A stretch of 64,000 bases of DNA from Rebecca billardiae RCC1528. Taxonomy: Eukaryota; Protista; Haptophyta. The DNA is taken from positions 558,001 through 622,000 of the forward strand of contig OZ251232.1 in the NCBI GenBank assembly GCA_965240325.2, read 5' to 3'. The position numbers and the translations under genes were made by a program. Positions 23,272 to 32,301 of this stretch are shown here, piece after piece; positions within the stretch are counted from its first letter, which is position 1, and each line of letters starts with the position of its first letter. Below the pieces are notes generated by a model, which was given only the letters and a program-made list of their open reading frames with translations, was not told the origin of the DNA and did not search any database.

Positions 23272-24157
23272 TCGGGTTTACAGCCCGGGGCAGGGGGGCC
23301 GCTCGGCCCGCTCGTCCAGCAGCACCGCCCTGAGGCTGAGTCACCCGCCACGGACCGTAGTCCGTACTGTCCGTACTGTAGCAGTAAGCTGCCGCAGCAG
23401 ATGATATATATGGCGGCGGCGGAATTACACCGCCGCCAGCAAATTATGGCCAACGCATCATTGATCATATGTCCTAGCAATAGTAATATTATATTATAAT
23501 ACTATATTATAATATAATATATTATATATATTTATAATGATGCATTAGCCATTAGTATTATCTGCTCGATAGTGACTTATAATGACTTGAGCCGGCGGCG
23601 CCAATAGTAGTTATTACTGATGTTGTAATATATATATATATATATATATAGTGAGATTATATATATAGTACGACGAATTTATTATAATTATTATTTATTA
23701 TTCTAGTAGTATTAGAATTTAATTATTTATAATTATAACTATTTAACGATTATATTACGCATATTTAAATAATGAATAGTTATTAGTGATGCCGTTGAAT
23801 TCGTAGTATGCACTATAACCGCGTAAGGCATGTATGTCATCACGCCCTGTCGACCCACTGACCACGGTCACGGGCCGAGGGCAGTCGCTCGTGGACTCGC
23901 CAGCCACTGCCGACGCTGCCGCGACCGCTGCCGGCCTGCCGCCGACTTGAATCTTGATGGCGCCTTCCACCGCGCCGCCGATCACACATCATATCGTCAC
24001 TGATGATGATGCAGGACCGCGGCGTTCCGGCCGTTCCGCGGCGGCGGCCGCCGCCCTTCCGGCTGATTCCGTAGCAGAGGAACCGCTGAACGAGAGCCAG
24101 GCTGTCCGTGTTGCTTGCCAACCAGCCAGGGCATGTTGCACCGTCGCCGTGAGAGTT

Positions 24158-26092
24158 TTACGGCTGGAACTTGATTGAGTTGACAGCGCAGTCGATCTTC
24201 CCGCCCATGTACGTGCCCTTCTTCTTCTTGTCCTTCTCCTTGCGGAAGTTGGTGCCCTTCACCTGCGAGAGCTTCTCGTTGGCCTTTGCGCCCCAGAGGT
24301 AATTGAGGCCCACCGCGCCCTGCGTGCCGCCGTGCTTCATGTGCGCGTCGAAGCTGTTGTTCTTGAGGCGCGGGTCGATGGCGTCGTAGAAGTCCTTCTC
24401 AGACTCATCGACGCGCTTGAAGGGCGTGTTCTTCGGCGTTGGTTTCCCGCCGTCGGTCACCGCCTGCTTCTTGGCGGCCGGCTGCGCAGGCGACGCGTCC
24501 TCCTCGCCCTCGGATGAGCTCGCAGAGCTGTCGTCGTCGCTGCTGGCCGCCTTCGCCTGCGCCGCCGCCGCCGGCGGCTTGATCGGTGCCGGCTCCTCAC
24601 TCGAGTCGTCGCTGTCGTCGTCGCTACTCACCTCCATCGGCTGCGTGGCCGCCGCCGCCGGCTTGGCCGCCGCCGCCTCCTCGCTGTCGTCGTCGCTCGA
24701 GTCATCACTCGAATCGTCGTCGCTGCTCGCCGCCTTCGCCTGCGCCGCCGCTGCCGCCGGTGTGATCGGTGCCGGCTCATCGCTCGAGTCGTCGCTGTCG
24801 TCGTCGCTCGAGTCGTCGTCGCTGCTCGCCGCCTTCGCCTGCGCTGCCGCTGCTGCTGCCGGCTTGGCCGGCGCCGCCTCCTCGCTGTCGTCGTCGCTCG
24901 AGTCATCACTCGAATCGTCGTCGCTGCTGGCCGCCTTCGCCTGCCCCGCCGCTGCCGCCGGTGTGATCGGTGCCGGCTCATCGCTCGAGTCGTCGCTGTC
25001 GTCGTCGCTCGAGTCGTCGTCGCTGCTCGCCGCCTTCGCCTGCGCCGCCGCTGCTGCTGCCGGCTTGGCCGGCGCCGCCTCCTCGCTGTCGTCGTCGCTC
25101 GAGTCATCACTCGAATCGTCGTCGCTGCTGGCCGCCTTCGCCTGCGCCGCCGCTGCTGCTGCCGGCTTGGCCGGCGCCGCCTCCTCGCTGTCGTCGTCGC
25201 TCGAGTCATCACTCGAGTCGTCGTCGCTGCTGGCCGCCTTCGCCTGCGCCGCCGCTGCTGCTGCCGGCTTGGCCGGCGCCACCTCCTCGCTGTCGTCGTC
25301 GCTCGAGTCATCACTCGAATCGTCGTCGCTGCTGGCCGCCTTCGCCTGCGCTGCCGCTGCTGCTGCCGGCTTGGCCGGCGCCGCCTCCTCGCTGTCGTCG
25401 TCGCTCGAGTCATCGCTTGAGTCGTCGTCGCTGCTGGCCGTCTTTGCCTGCGCCGCCGCCGCCGCCGGCTTGATCGGTGCCGGCTCGTCACTCGAGGCAT
25501 CGCTCGAATCATCGTCGCTACTGGCCGCCTTCGCCTGCGCCGCCGCCGCCGCCGGCTTGATCGGTGCTGGCTCGTCAGTCGAGTCGTCGCTGTCGTCGTC
25601 GCTCGAGCCGTCGTCGCTGCTCACCTCCATTGGCTGCGCAGCTCCCGCCACCGGCTTGGCCGGCGCATCGTCATCGCTCGAGTCGTCACTCGAGTCATCG
25701 CTCGAGTCGTCGCTCGAGTCCTCGTCGCTGCTGGCCGCCTTTGCCGGCTGCGCAGCCGCCGCCGCCGGCTGGGCGGGCTGATCGCCAGCGCCCTTGGCGT
25801 CACTGTCGCTGTCGCTGTCGTCGCTGGAGTCGCCGTCGCTGCTACCGTCTTCCTCCTCGTCGTCGCTGCTGTTGTACTTGCCCTTCGCTGGCGGTGCGCG
25901 GGCGTCATCCGCAGCGCGCGTGTTGGGCGATGCCGCCGCGACAAGTGCGTGGAGCGAAGCGGCAGGCTTTACGGCAGCAGAGTTGGTGAGGTCGAGCGAG
26001 GCCTCGCTCACCAGCATGTCCGCGGTCTTCTTCAGCCCGCGCGTGACCAGATCGTCGTACACTAGCGCGAGGAGGCCGTTCTCCGCCGCCAT
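24158..26092 (-). CDS. NOLC1: Nucleolar phosphoprotein Nopp140/Srp40
   Basis: LisH-like N-terminus (LALVYDDLVTRGLKKTA), alternating acidic-Ser and Ala/Pro/Lys repeats, SRP40_C domain (PFKRV..WGAKANEKLSQVKGTNFRKEKDKKKKGTYMGGKID..VNSIKF). ATG at 26092. Confidence 0.93.
   Translation of the reverse strand: MAAENGLLALVYDDLVTRGLKKTADMLVSEASLDLTNSAAVKPAASLHALVAAASPNTRAADDARAPPAKGKYNSSDDEEEDGSSDGDSSDDSDSDSDAKGAGDQPAQPAAAAAQPAKAASSDEDSSDDSSDDSSDDSSDDDAPAKPVAGAAQPMEVSSDDGSSDDDSDDSTDEPAPIKPAAAAAQAKAASSDDDSSDASSDEPAPIKPAAAAAQAKTASSDDDSSDDSSDDDSEEAAPAKPAAAAAAQAKAASSDDDSSDDSSDDDSEEVAPAKPAAAAAAQAKAASSDDDSSDDSSDDDSEEAAPAKPAAAAAAQAKAASSDDDSSDDSSDDDSEEAAPAKPAAAAAAQAKAASSDDDSSDDDSDDSSDEPAPITPAAAAGQAKAASSDDDSSDDSSDDDSEEAAPAKPAAAAAAQAKAASSDDDSSDDDSDDSSDEPAPITPAAAAAQAKAASSDDDSSDDSSDDDSEEAAAAKPAAAATQPMEVSSDDDSDDSSEEPAPIKPPAAAAQAKAASSDDDSSASSSEGEEDASPAQPAAKKQAVTDGGKPTPKNTPFKRVDESEKDFYDAIDPRLKNNSFDAHMKHGGTQGAVGLNYLWGAKANEKLSQVKGTNFRKEKDKKKKGTYMGGKIDCAVNSIKFQP
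24520..25780 (-). repeat. Coding tandem repeat (~100-bp units) within Nopp140
   Basis: Repeated unit EEAAPAKPAAAAAAQAKAASSDDDSSDDSSDDDS and variants. Confidence 0.9.
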
Positions 26093-26378
26093 GGTGTCCG
26101 TCGAGCGCGCTGGCGACGTCGCGAACGTCCAGAGGAGGCACCGGGACCGGCGAGATTCGCCCACGTGCGCAGTCCTCCGCGTGAGCGACCGTGTCCACCC
26201 GCGAACGTGGACGTTAGCACAGCACGTATCCGCCTCCGGACTTTTCACCGGGTGCAATGATCCGGACTGGGCAAGGCTTCCGAGTTGCCGGCCCCCAAAC
26301 GATGGCTGGCCGGACCGCCGGCTGATCAAAGAAGTCTCAGCAAACCCCTCGCCCTGTCGCCCTTGAGGTGCCAGCGCG

Positions 26379-27674
26379 ATGATACTTGGCGCGGAGGAGC
26401 GCACGTGCTTCATGCTCGTGGCCGGCATCCTCGTCGTCATCCCCTCCATCGTGATGCTTGGCATGTCTTTCCACCGCCTGCACACGACCGAGGTGGGGCT
26501 CGACTACAACACGTTCACAGAGCACGTGTCCGAGACGGTGTACACCAAGCCGGGGCTGCACTTCCTGGGGCTGACGCACCGCTTCATCCGCTTCCCAAAG
26601 ACCATCCAGACGATGAGCTACAACGAAGCGGACGACGACATCCTGCACACGCGCACGGCGGACGGCCTCCCCGTGACGCTCGGCCTGTCGTTCCAGTTCC
26701 GGTTCGAGACGGCGCACGCGTACGAGCTGTACATGACGTTCGGCGGGCAGCACCTGCAGGTGATGGACAACGAGGCGCGCTCGTCGCTCGCCGACGTCGC
26801 GTGCAACTACTCCGCCTACCGCTTCTTCGCGGACAAGCAGGGCATCGCGTTCGACATGCAGCACTTCCTGAACAGCGACTTCACGCGCAAGCTGTACGCG
26901 TCGGTGGACGCGCTGCAGATCGAGACGATCGAGCTGCCGGCGCTGTTTCAGGAGGCGATCCTCGAGTCGATCAAGATGAAGCAGAGCATCCACGCCACCG
27001 TCAAGTACCGCGAGAACATGGACGTCACCTTCCAGCAGCAGGCGATGGTCGCCGGGCAGAACAAGAACCAGACGATCACGATCGCGCACGGCGAGGCGTC
27101 GCGCATCATGGAGGCGGCGCTCGCCAACGCGCGGATCACCAACGTCACGGCGGACGCGGAGATGTACTCGTACGGCAACGTGTCCGCCTCCCTCGGCTTC
27201 TCCCCCGAGAAGGACGATCTCCTCACCTACATCTGGTGCGCTCCCTGCTCGTGCGCACGCGCGCCCTCGCGCGCTGCGGTCGCCCAGCTGAGAGCGGCAC
27301 GCCCGGACTGCTGGCGCGCGCGGCGCAGGTGGGAGTCGGTGAAGCAGTCGGGAGAGCAGCAGGGCAAGTCGGCCTTCATGGTCGGCGTCAACCAGGCTGT
27401 CTATGTGGCAGGCTCGGGCATGCCCCAGCGGAGTGGCAGGCCGCAGCGCGCGCTGAGCGAGTCCTCGCTCGACGCAGACGCCGACACGGGCCCAGTGGCT
27501 GACGCTGCTTCCGCGACCGCGCAGTGGGACTCTGCGGGCCGCCTGGCGGGATTGGCGGGAGAGGCGCCCTCCGGCGACGGCGCGCCACCCCGCGCCCCGT
27601 TGCTCGACGTGAAGTGGGGCCTTGGGCTCGACGGGAGGGTTCCGCGGACATCGGCATCCATCTCTGAGAGCTGA
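26379..27674 (+). CDS. SPFH/band 7 domain membrane protein
   Basis: N-terminal TM; EVGLDYN..PGLHFLGLTHRFIRFP..RTADGLPVTLGLSFQF; Ala-rich coiled coil. Probable in-frame intron 27236..27328. Confidence 0.85.
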   Translation: MILGAEERTCFMLVAGILVVIPSIVMLGMSFHRLHTTEVGLDYNTFTEHVSETVYTKPGLHFLGLTHRFIRFPKTIQTMSYNEADDDILHTRTADGLPVTLGLSFQFRFETAHAYELYMTFGGQHLQVMDNEARSSLADVACNYSAYRFFADKQGIAFDMQHFLNSDFTRKLYASVDALQIETIELPALFQEAILESIKMKQSIHATVKYRENMDVTFQQQAMVAGQNKNQTITIAHGEASRIMEAALANARITNVTADAEMYSYGNVSASLGFSPEKDDLLTYIWCAPCSCARAPSRAAVAQLRAARPDCWRARRRWESVKQSGEQQGKSAFMVGVNQAVYVAGSGMPQRSGRPQRALSESSLDADADTGPVADAASATAQWDSAGRLAGLAGEAPSGDGAPPRAPLLDVKWGLGLDGRVPRTSASISES

Positions 27675-28073
27675 GAGTGCCAGACGACTCCTCACTCATC
27701 ACTCAGACTCTCGGACTCGGAGCAGACGACATCGTCCCAGCTATATACGCTAGTAGTTATTACTTTTAAAATTAAAGTTACGAGACGCGACTATACTGCT
27801 GCTGCTATACTGACGACTCAGCAATCGGAATGACGCGATCCGACGATATAAGTATATGGCGTAAATATGCGCGCTCATCGTCGCCGATAGACCGGATCGA
27901 CCGTCGTGTCGATCATAATAATAGCGTGATGATGTAACTATATTCCTCGTCAGGCTGATGACGATGCAAGTCGTAGTTAGCGCCGATTGCGCCGATAGCG
28001 CGGCATTATTAGCGCGCGTGCGTGCACGCGTGTCGCGTTGCTCGGGCCGCTCACGTACCGACGACGTCCGTCA

Positions 28074-29864
28074 TCAGCCGCCCGCGTCTGCCTCAAGCTC
28101 GTAATCGTCCTCCTCGCTGGAGGACTCTCCGTCAAGCTGCGCGGCCATCGCCTCCAGCCGCGCCTTCTGCTCCTCGTATGAATCTGGCTCGGGTTGGCCT
28201 GTGGTGCCCCCGGCCGCTGCCTCTGCGTCCGCAGCATCGCCGTGTGCGCCGTCCGCCGCCGCCGCCGCCATTGCCTCAGCTTTGTAGTTGGTCTGCCCGT
28301 CGAAGAACTCGGCCTCGAGGGCGCGCCCGCCGAAACGCCGCCCCGACATGAGCGCCTGGCACACCTCGGCGGCAGCGCCCGTCCGAAACTTGACGGCGGC
28401 GACGCCCTCGGGGTGGCCCTCGAAGACGGTCACCTTCTCGACCGGGCCGCACTTGGCCGCCTCGGCGAGCAGGTCGTCGCGCAGGTTGGCGTACGCCGCG
28501 CGCACCTCGTCCTCGCCGCCCTCCGCCGCGGCGGCGCGCACCTCGGCCGGGTCGAACGCGTGCTTCAGTATCACCACGCGCACCTCCTTGCCGCCCGTCG
28601 AGAGGCCGTCCTCCCAGACCGCGAGCTTGCGCCTCTCGAGCTGCCGCCGCTGCTTGAGGGCCGCCTGCACGCGCGGCGGCGCGCCGGGAGCACGGGGTCT
28701 CATCATGGGCGTGCTGCGCGCTTGCGCGGCGGCACGCGGAGGGCAAGGCGCGGGTGCACCCGGGAGCGCGGCGCACCGCGGCGCGCAGCGCTCCATGCTG
28801 CACGCCTTGCACACGGATGCATGCACACACACATGGATGTAAGCACACACACACGCGCACACACACGCACACATTCGCACACACACCTGATCATCTTTGT
28901 TGAGCGTCGTCGGCTCATACGCGCCCTTGAGCTCGAAGCGGGCCCGCTCGACGCTGAGAGGCGGCGCGGAGGGCGGCGCGTCGGGCACCATGTACCCATG
29001 GCGCAGCTCGAGCGCCAGATCGACCGACTCCTTGCGCACGAACGTGACGACGCCATCGCCCTTGGGCAGCCCGTCCGCTCCGCGGTACAGCTTCACCTTG
29101 CGCTCGCCGGTGAGCGGCTCCGACTTGATCACGCCGCACGGCTCGAAGAGCGCGGCCAGCGCGTCGGGCGTGTCCACGCTGGGCGGCAGGTTGCTCACGT
29201 ACACGCTCGACGGGTTGTGCGCCTTGAACTTGCGCTTCTTGCTTCGTCGGCGCGGGCCATCGGCCGCGGGCGCCCCAGCGCCAGCGGCCGGAGCTGGGCG
29301 GCCGGGCCGAGCTGCGGCACTCGCGTTCACAAGAGCCTCGTTGCCGCCAGTGCGGGGCAGCGCGGCGGTGTCCGCCGATCCGAGCTGCGACGGCGCGCCA
29401 TCGTCGGCCGCTCCGCCGCTCGCGGCGAACTCCTGCTCCGCGTCGGCCGCTGCCTGTGCCGCGACGAACATTGCCTTGAGCTGTGGCACCTCGCGCAGCT
29501 CCAGCCACGCGCCCATCCCGTCCTTCCACACCGCCGTCATGCCGTCCACGTCGCCAGCCAGCATGGCTGCTTGCAGGTCTCCCACGCCGAGCGGGCCCGC
29601 AACACTCTTGTCCGCGCGCTGGTAGTACCACTTGGACGGCGCTGGTGCCGCCGTGGGGAGTGACGGCGGGGCGGCGCCTGCCGCTCGCACGGCGGCGGCG
29701 ACCTCGGGCACGGCCGATGGCGGGAGCCACTCGGGCATGCCGTCGCGCCAAACGACACGCGCACTGCCTAGCGCATGGGCACTCACGGGCCCACGCGCCT
29801 CCTTCGACCCCGTGTGGTCGAGGTAGTACCACGACGCGTCTGGAGCCGCGGCACCGTCCGCCAT
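28074..29864 (-). CDS. HTATSF1: Tat-SF1/Cus2 U2 snRNP-associated splicing factor with two GYF_2 domains
   Basis: SVYVSNLP..CGVIK..KVKLYR..KGDG..ESVDLAL (RRM1); VVILKHAF..KCGPVEKV..HPEGVAAVKF..GRRFGGR (UHM). Intron 28665..28886 is TG-repeat rich. Confidence 0.92.
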   Translation of the reverse strand: MADGAAAPDASWYYLDHTGSKEARGPVSAHALGSARVVWRDGMPEWLPPSAVPEVAAAVRAAGAAPPSLPTAAPAPSKWYYQRADKSVAGPLGVGDLQAAMLAGDVDGMTAVWKDGMGAWLELREVPQLKAMFVAAQAAADAEQEFAASGGAADDGAPSQLGSADTAALPRTGGNEALVNASAAARPGRPAPAAGAGAPAADGPRRRSKKRKFKAHNPSSVYVSNLPPSVDTPDALAALFEPCGVIKSEPLTGERKVKLYRGADGLPKGDGVVTFVRKESVDLALELRHGYMVPDAPPSAPPLSVERARFELKGAYEPTTLNKDDQVCVRMCACVCACVCAYIHVCVHASVCKACSMERCAPRCAALPGAPAPCPPRAAAQARSTPMMRPRAPGAPPRVQAALKQRRQLERRKLAVWEDGLSTGGKEVRVVILKHAFDPAEVRAAAAEGGEDEVRAAYANLRDDLLAEAAKCGPVEKVTVFEGHPEGVAAVKFRTGAAAEVCQALMSGRRFGGRALEAEFFDGQTNYKAEAMAAAAADGAHGDAADAEAAAGGTTGQPEPDSYEEQKARLEAMAAQLDGESSSEEDDYELEADAGG

Positions 29865-30328
29865 TGCTGCAATACGTAGTACGGTACCGCGCGCTTTTTC
29901 TGGACGCGTCGGGGCGCCGCCGCCGCCACCGCGGCGCCGCCGCCGGCCCGGGCGCCGCGGCGATCCATCTCGGCAGTCTCGGCGGTCTTCCGGCTGGCTC
30001 GGCAGCGGTGTTCGGTCTTCCGTGCTCTCCAGCTCGGTGTTTCGGTCGAACTCCCGTTACATTTCCATTTCCATTTTACAATTCTCACTACAACACAGCG
30101 CAGCAAACCGTCATCACCGTGCGTGCGCTGCGAGATTCGACGCGACGACCCTTGCGCCCGGCGGCGGAGTGCAACACGGCGCCCCACCCCGCCCTCGCCG
30201 CTTTCCTCATCGCGCTTGCCCCGCCGGTGCGCGCCATCATCCCTCGTTGGTCGTTTCCGTCTCCGCCCCGCGCCGTCGCGCCCTTACGCCGGATCACGCC
30301 CGGCCGCTGCACCGTGCAGGCTTGCAAC

Positions 30329-31129
30329 ATGGCGGCACGCTTCACCACGATCAAGGAGAGCTCGCTCTTCCGCTCTGAGCCCAATCCGGCGTGGTTCGGC
30401 AACGAGGGGAACCCCACGTCGCGGCCCAAAGGCTGGGACGCGAAGAACTGGCTGACCTCCCGCTTCCACTTCTCGTTCGCCGAGTGGTCGGACGGCAAGC
30501 CCAACTTTGGCGTGCTGAGGGTGCTCAACGACGACCGCGTGCAGCCCGCGCGCGGGTTCGGCACGCACCCCCATCGCGATATGGAGATCGTGACGTACAT
30601 CGTCGAGGGCGAGCTCACACACCAGGACTCGATGGGCACTGCCGAGACGCTCGGCCGCGGCGCGGTACAGTTCATGACCGCTGGCACTGGCGTCCGCCAC
30701 TCAGAGCACAACCTCTCCCCTGAGAAGCCGCTGCGATTCATCCAGATGTGGATCATGCCCAAGCAGCGCGGGCTGAAGCCCAACTACGGCTCGGCGGTCG
30801 GCGAAGACGCCGCGCGGCACAACAAGTGGGCGCACGTCGTGGGCGCAGCCGGCGCGCCGGGCGCGCAGCCACCCGTCGCCATCAACCAGGATGCCAACAT
30901 CTTCGTGTCCGAGCTGGACGGCGGGCTGGCGCTGCCGTTCGAGGTGAAAGCCGGGCGGCAGGTGTACTTTGTGTGCCTCGAGGGTGACGTCACCGTCGGC
31001 CACTCGGAGGGCGCGAGTACAGCCCTCGAGGCGCACGACGCGGCCGAGGTGGTAGGCGCAATGCAGCTGGACGTGAAGGCGGGGCCAGCGGGTGCGCACT
31101 GCCTTGTCGTGGAGATGGCGGCGCAGTAG
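30329..31129 (+). CDS. Pirin family protein (YhhW/quercetinase-like)
   Basis: WLTSRFHFSFA, FGVLRVLNDD, GFGTHPHRDMEIVTY, HQDSMG, QFMTAGTGVRHSEHN, FIQMWI. Probable 5'UTR intron 30119..30319. Confidence 0.95.
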   Translation: MAARFTTIKESSLFRSEPNPAWFGNEGNPTSRPKGWDAKNWLTSRFHFSFAEWSDGKPNFGVLRVLNDDRVQPARGFGTHPHRDMEIVTYIVEGELTHQDSMGTAETLGRGAVQFMTAGTGVRHSEHNLSPEKPLRFIQMWIMPKQRGLKPNYGSAVGEDAARHNKWAHVVGAAGAPGAQPPVAINQDANIFVSELDGGLALPFEVKAGRQVYFVCLEGDVTVGHSEGASTALEAHDAAEVVGAMQLDVKAGPAGAHCLVVEMAAQ

Positions 31130-32301
31130 GCTGTGCTCGCCGCTGCGCCGCGGCGCCGCGGCGTCCGCAAACCCCTCGTGCGCCGAGGAGATCGTGGGCC
31201 CCGCCGTTGTACTTGATGGTGACGCCCCTCCTCGACCGCTCGACGCGGGTGCGGTCAGCTGAAGCAGCGCCTCGGACGACGGCCGACGCGGATGATGACG
31301 ACTGAATAATAGTTACGAACCTACTTTGATCAATCACGATTTTGCTATAAGATTGATGATGCCAATGACAGCGGCGGTTGTTATGCGTCGTCATCATGCA
31401 TCGTCAGATCGACGACTATATACTCTGCGCGCGTCGTCATCCGATCTCGGAATCGGCAGATATATGCCGTGGCGCGGCAACTTCGACTGGCCGGGAGCGC
31501 GCGAGTTGAGTCGTCGACTCGTCGTGCCAGCAGTACTGTGAGTACGTCGTCGTCGACGACGTCGTCGTGAATGGCCATACGCCAGTCTGCGTCCGCCAGC
31601 CTGATGCGTCATCCGATCAACGTGAGTCATATCGATCAGTCGTGAGCCATCGTCATCGCGCGACGAAGTTGTCCTGGTTTTAACGCGACGATATGTATAC
31701 ACAGGTGACCGGATGACTTGGCTCGACCCTACTTACTGCTGAGTTGAGTGAGCTAAGTGTCATGGCCAGTGAGTGACTGAGTCGGCTGCTCATCCTGCTC
31801 GGGATCCAGATCCTACTCTACGAAGCCTGTATGCCTCATCAGTAAGCTAGCTTACTGTACGGTAGTCGCGTTCACTCGGACTCGGTTCAGCAGCTGCCAT
31901 CAGCCAGCAGCCGGCAGCATCGCATGCTTCAATCAATCGCGCCAGCGCAGCGGCCGTGCGGCTCGGAGGCGGCACGGGGGACATGCGGCGGTCGGGTACA
32001 GTCCCAGCAGCCACTACATCTAATATCAGCAGCCTGAAACAGCAGCCGAGCAGGCCCTCGCTTGCGTCGCCACTGCCCGCGCTCGCGGGGCCCGCCTTAT
32101 TATTTCGGCCGGCCGGCTTGAATAATCGGCGCGCGGCAGGCTGATCGCCAAATCGGAGATCGAGAGCAGCTGCAGGTGGAGTACTGGCGCCGCTGAGTAG
32201 TACTTCTGCGGTCCAGCTGGCGTGACTGTCGTCACGGCCAGCTCCGCGCTGATACAACGTGGGCAATACGACAGCTGCTCATGCGACGCTGACGTCCTAC
32301 A

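Noticed and set aside
24417-25781. Antisense Ser/Ala/Leu repeat ORF resembling a membrane protein
   Set aside because: Mirror of the Nopp140 repeats.
26093-26485. N-terminal extension of the Nopp140 ORF (likewise 29483..30328 for pirin)
   Set aside because: Runs through the divergent promoter and into the neighbouring gene; the conserved domains begin at the downstream ATG.
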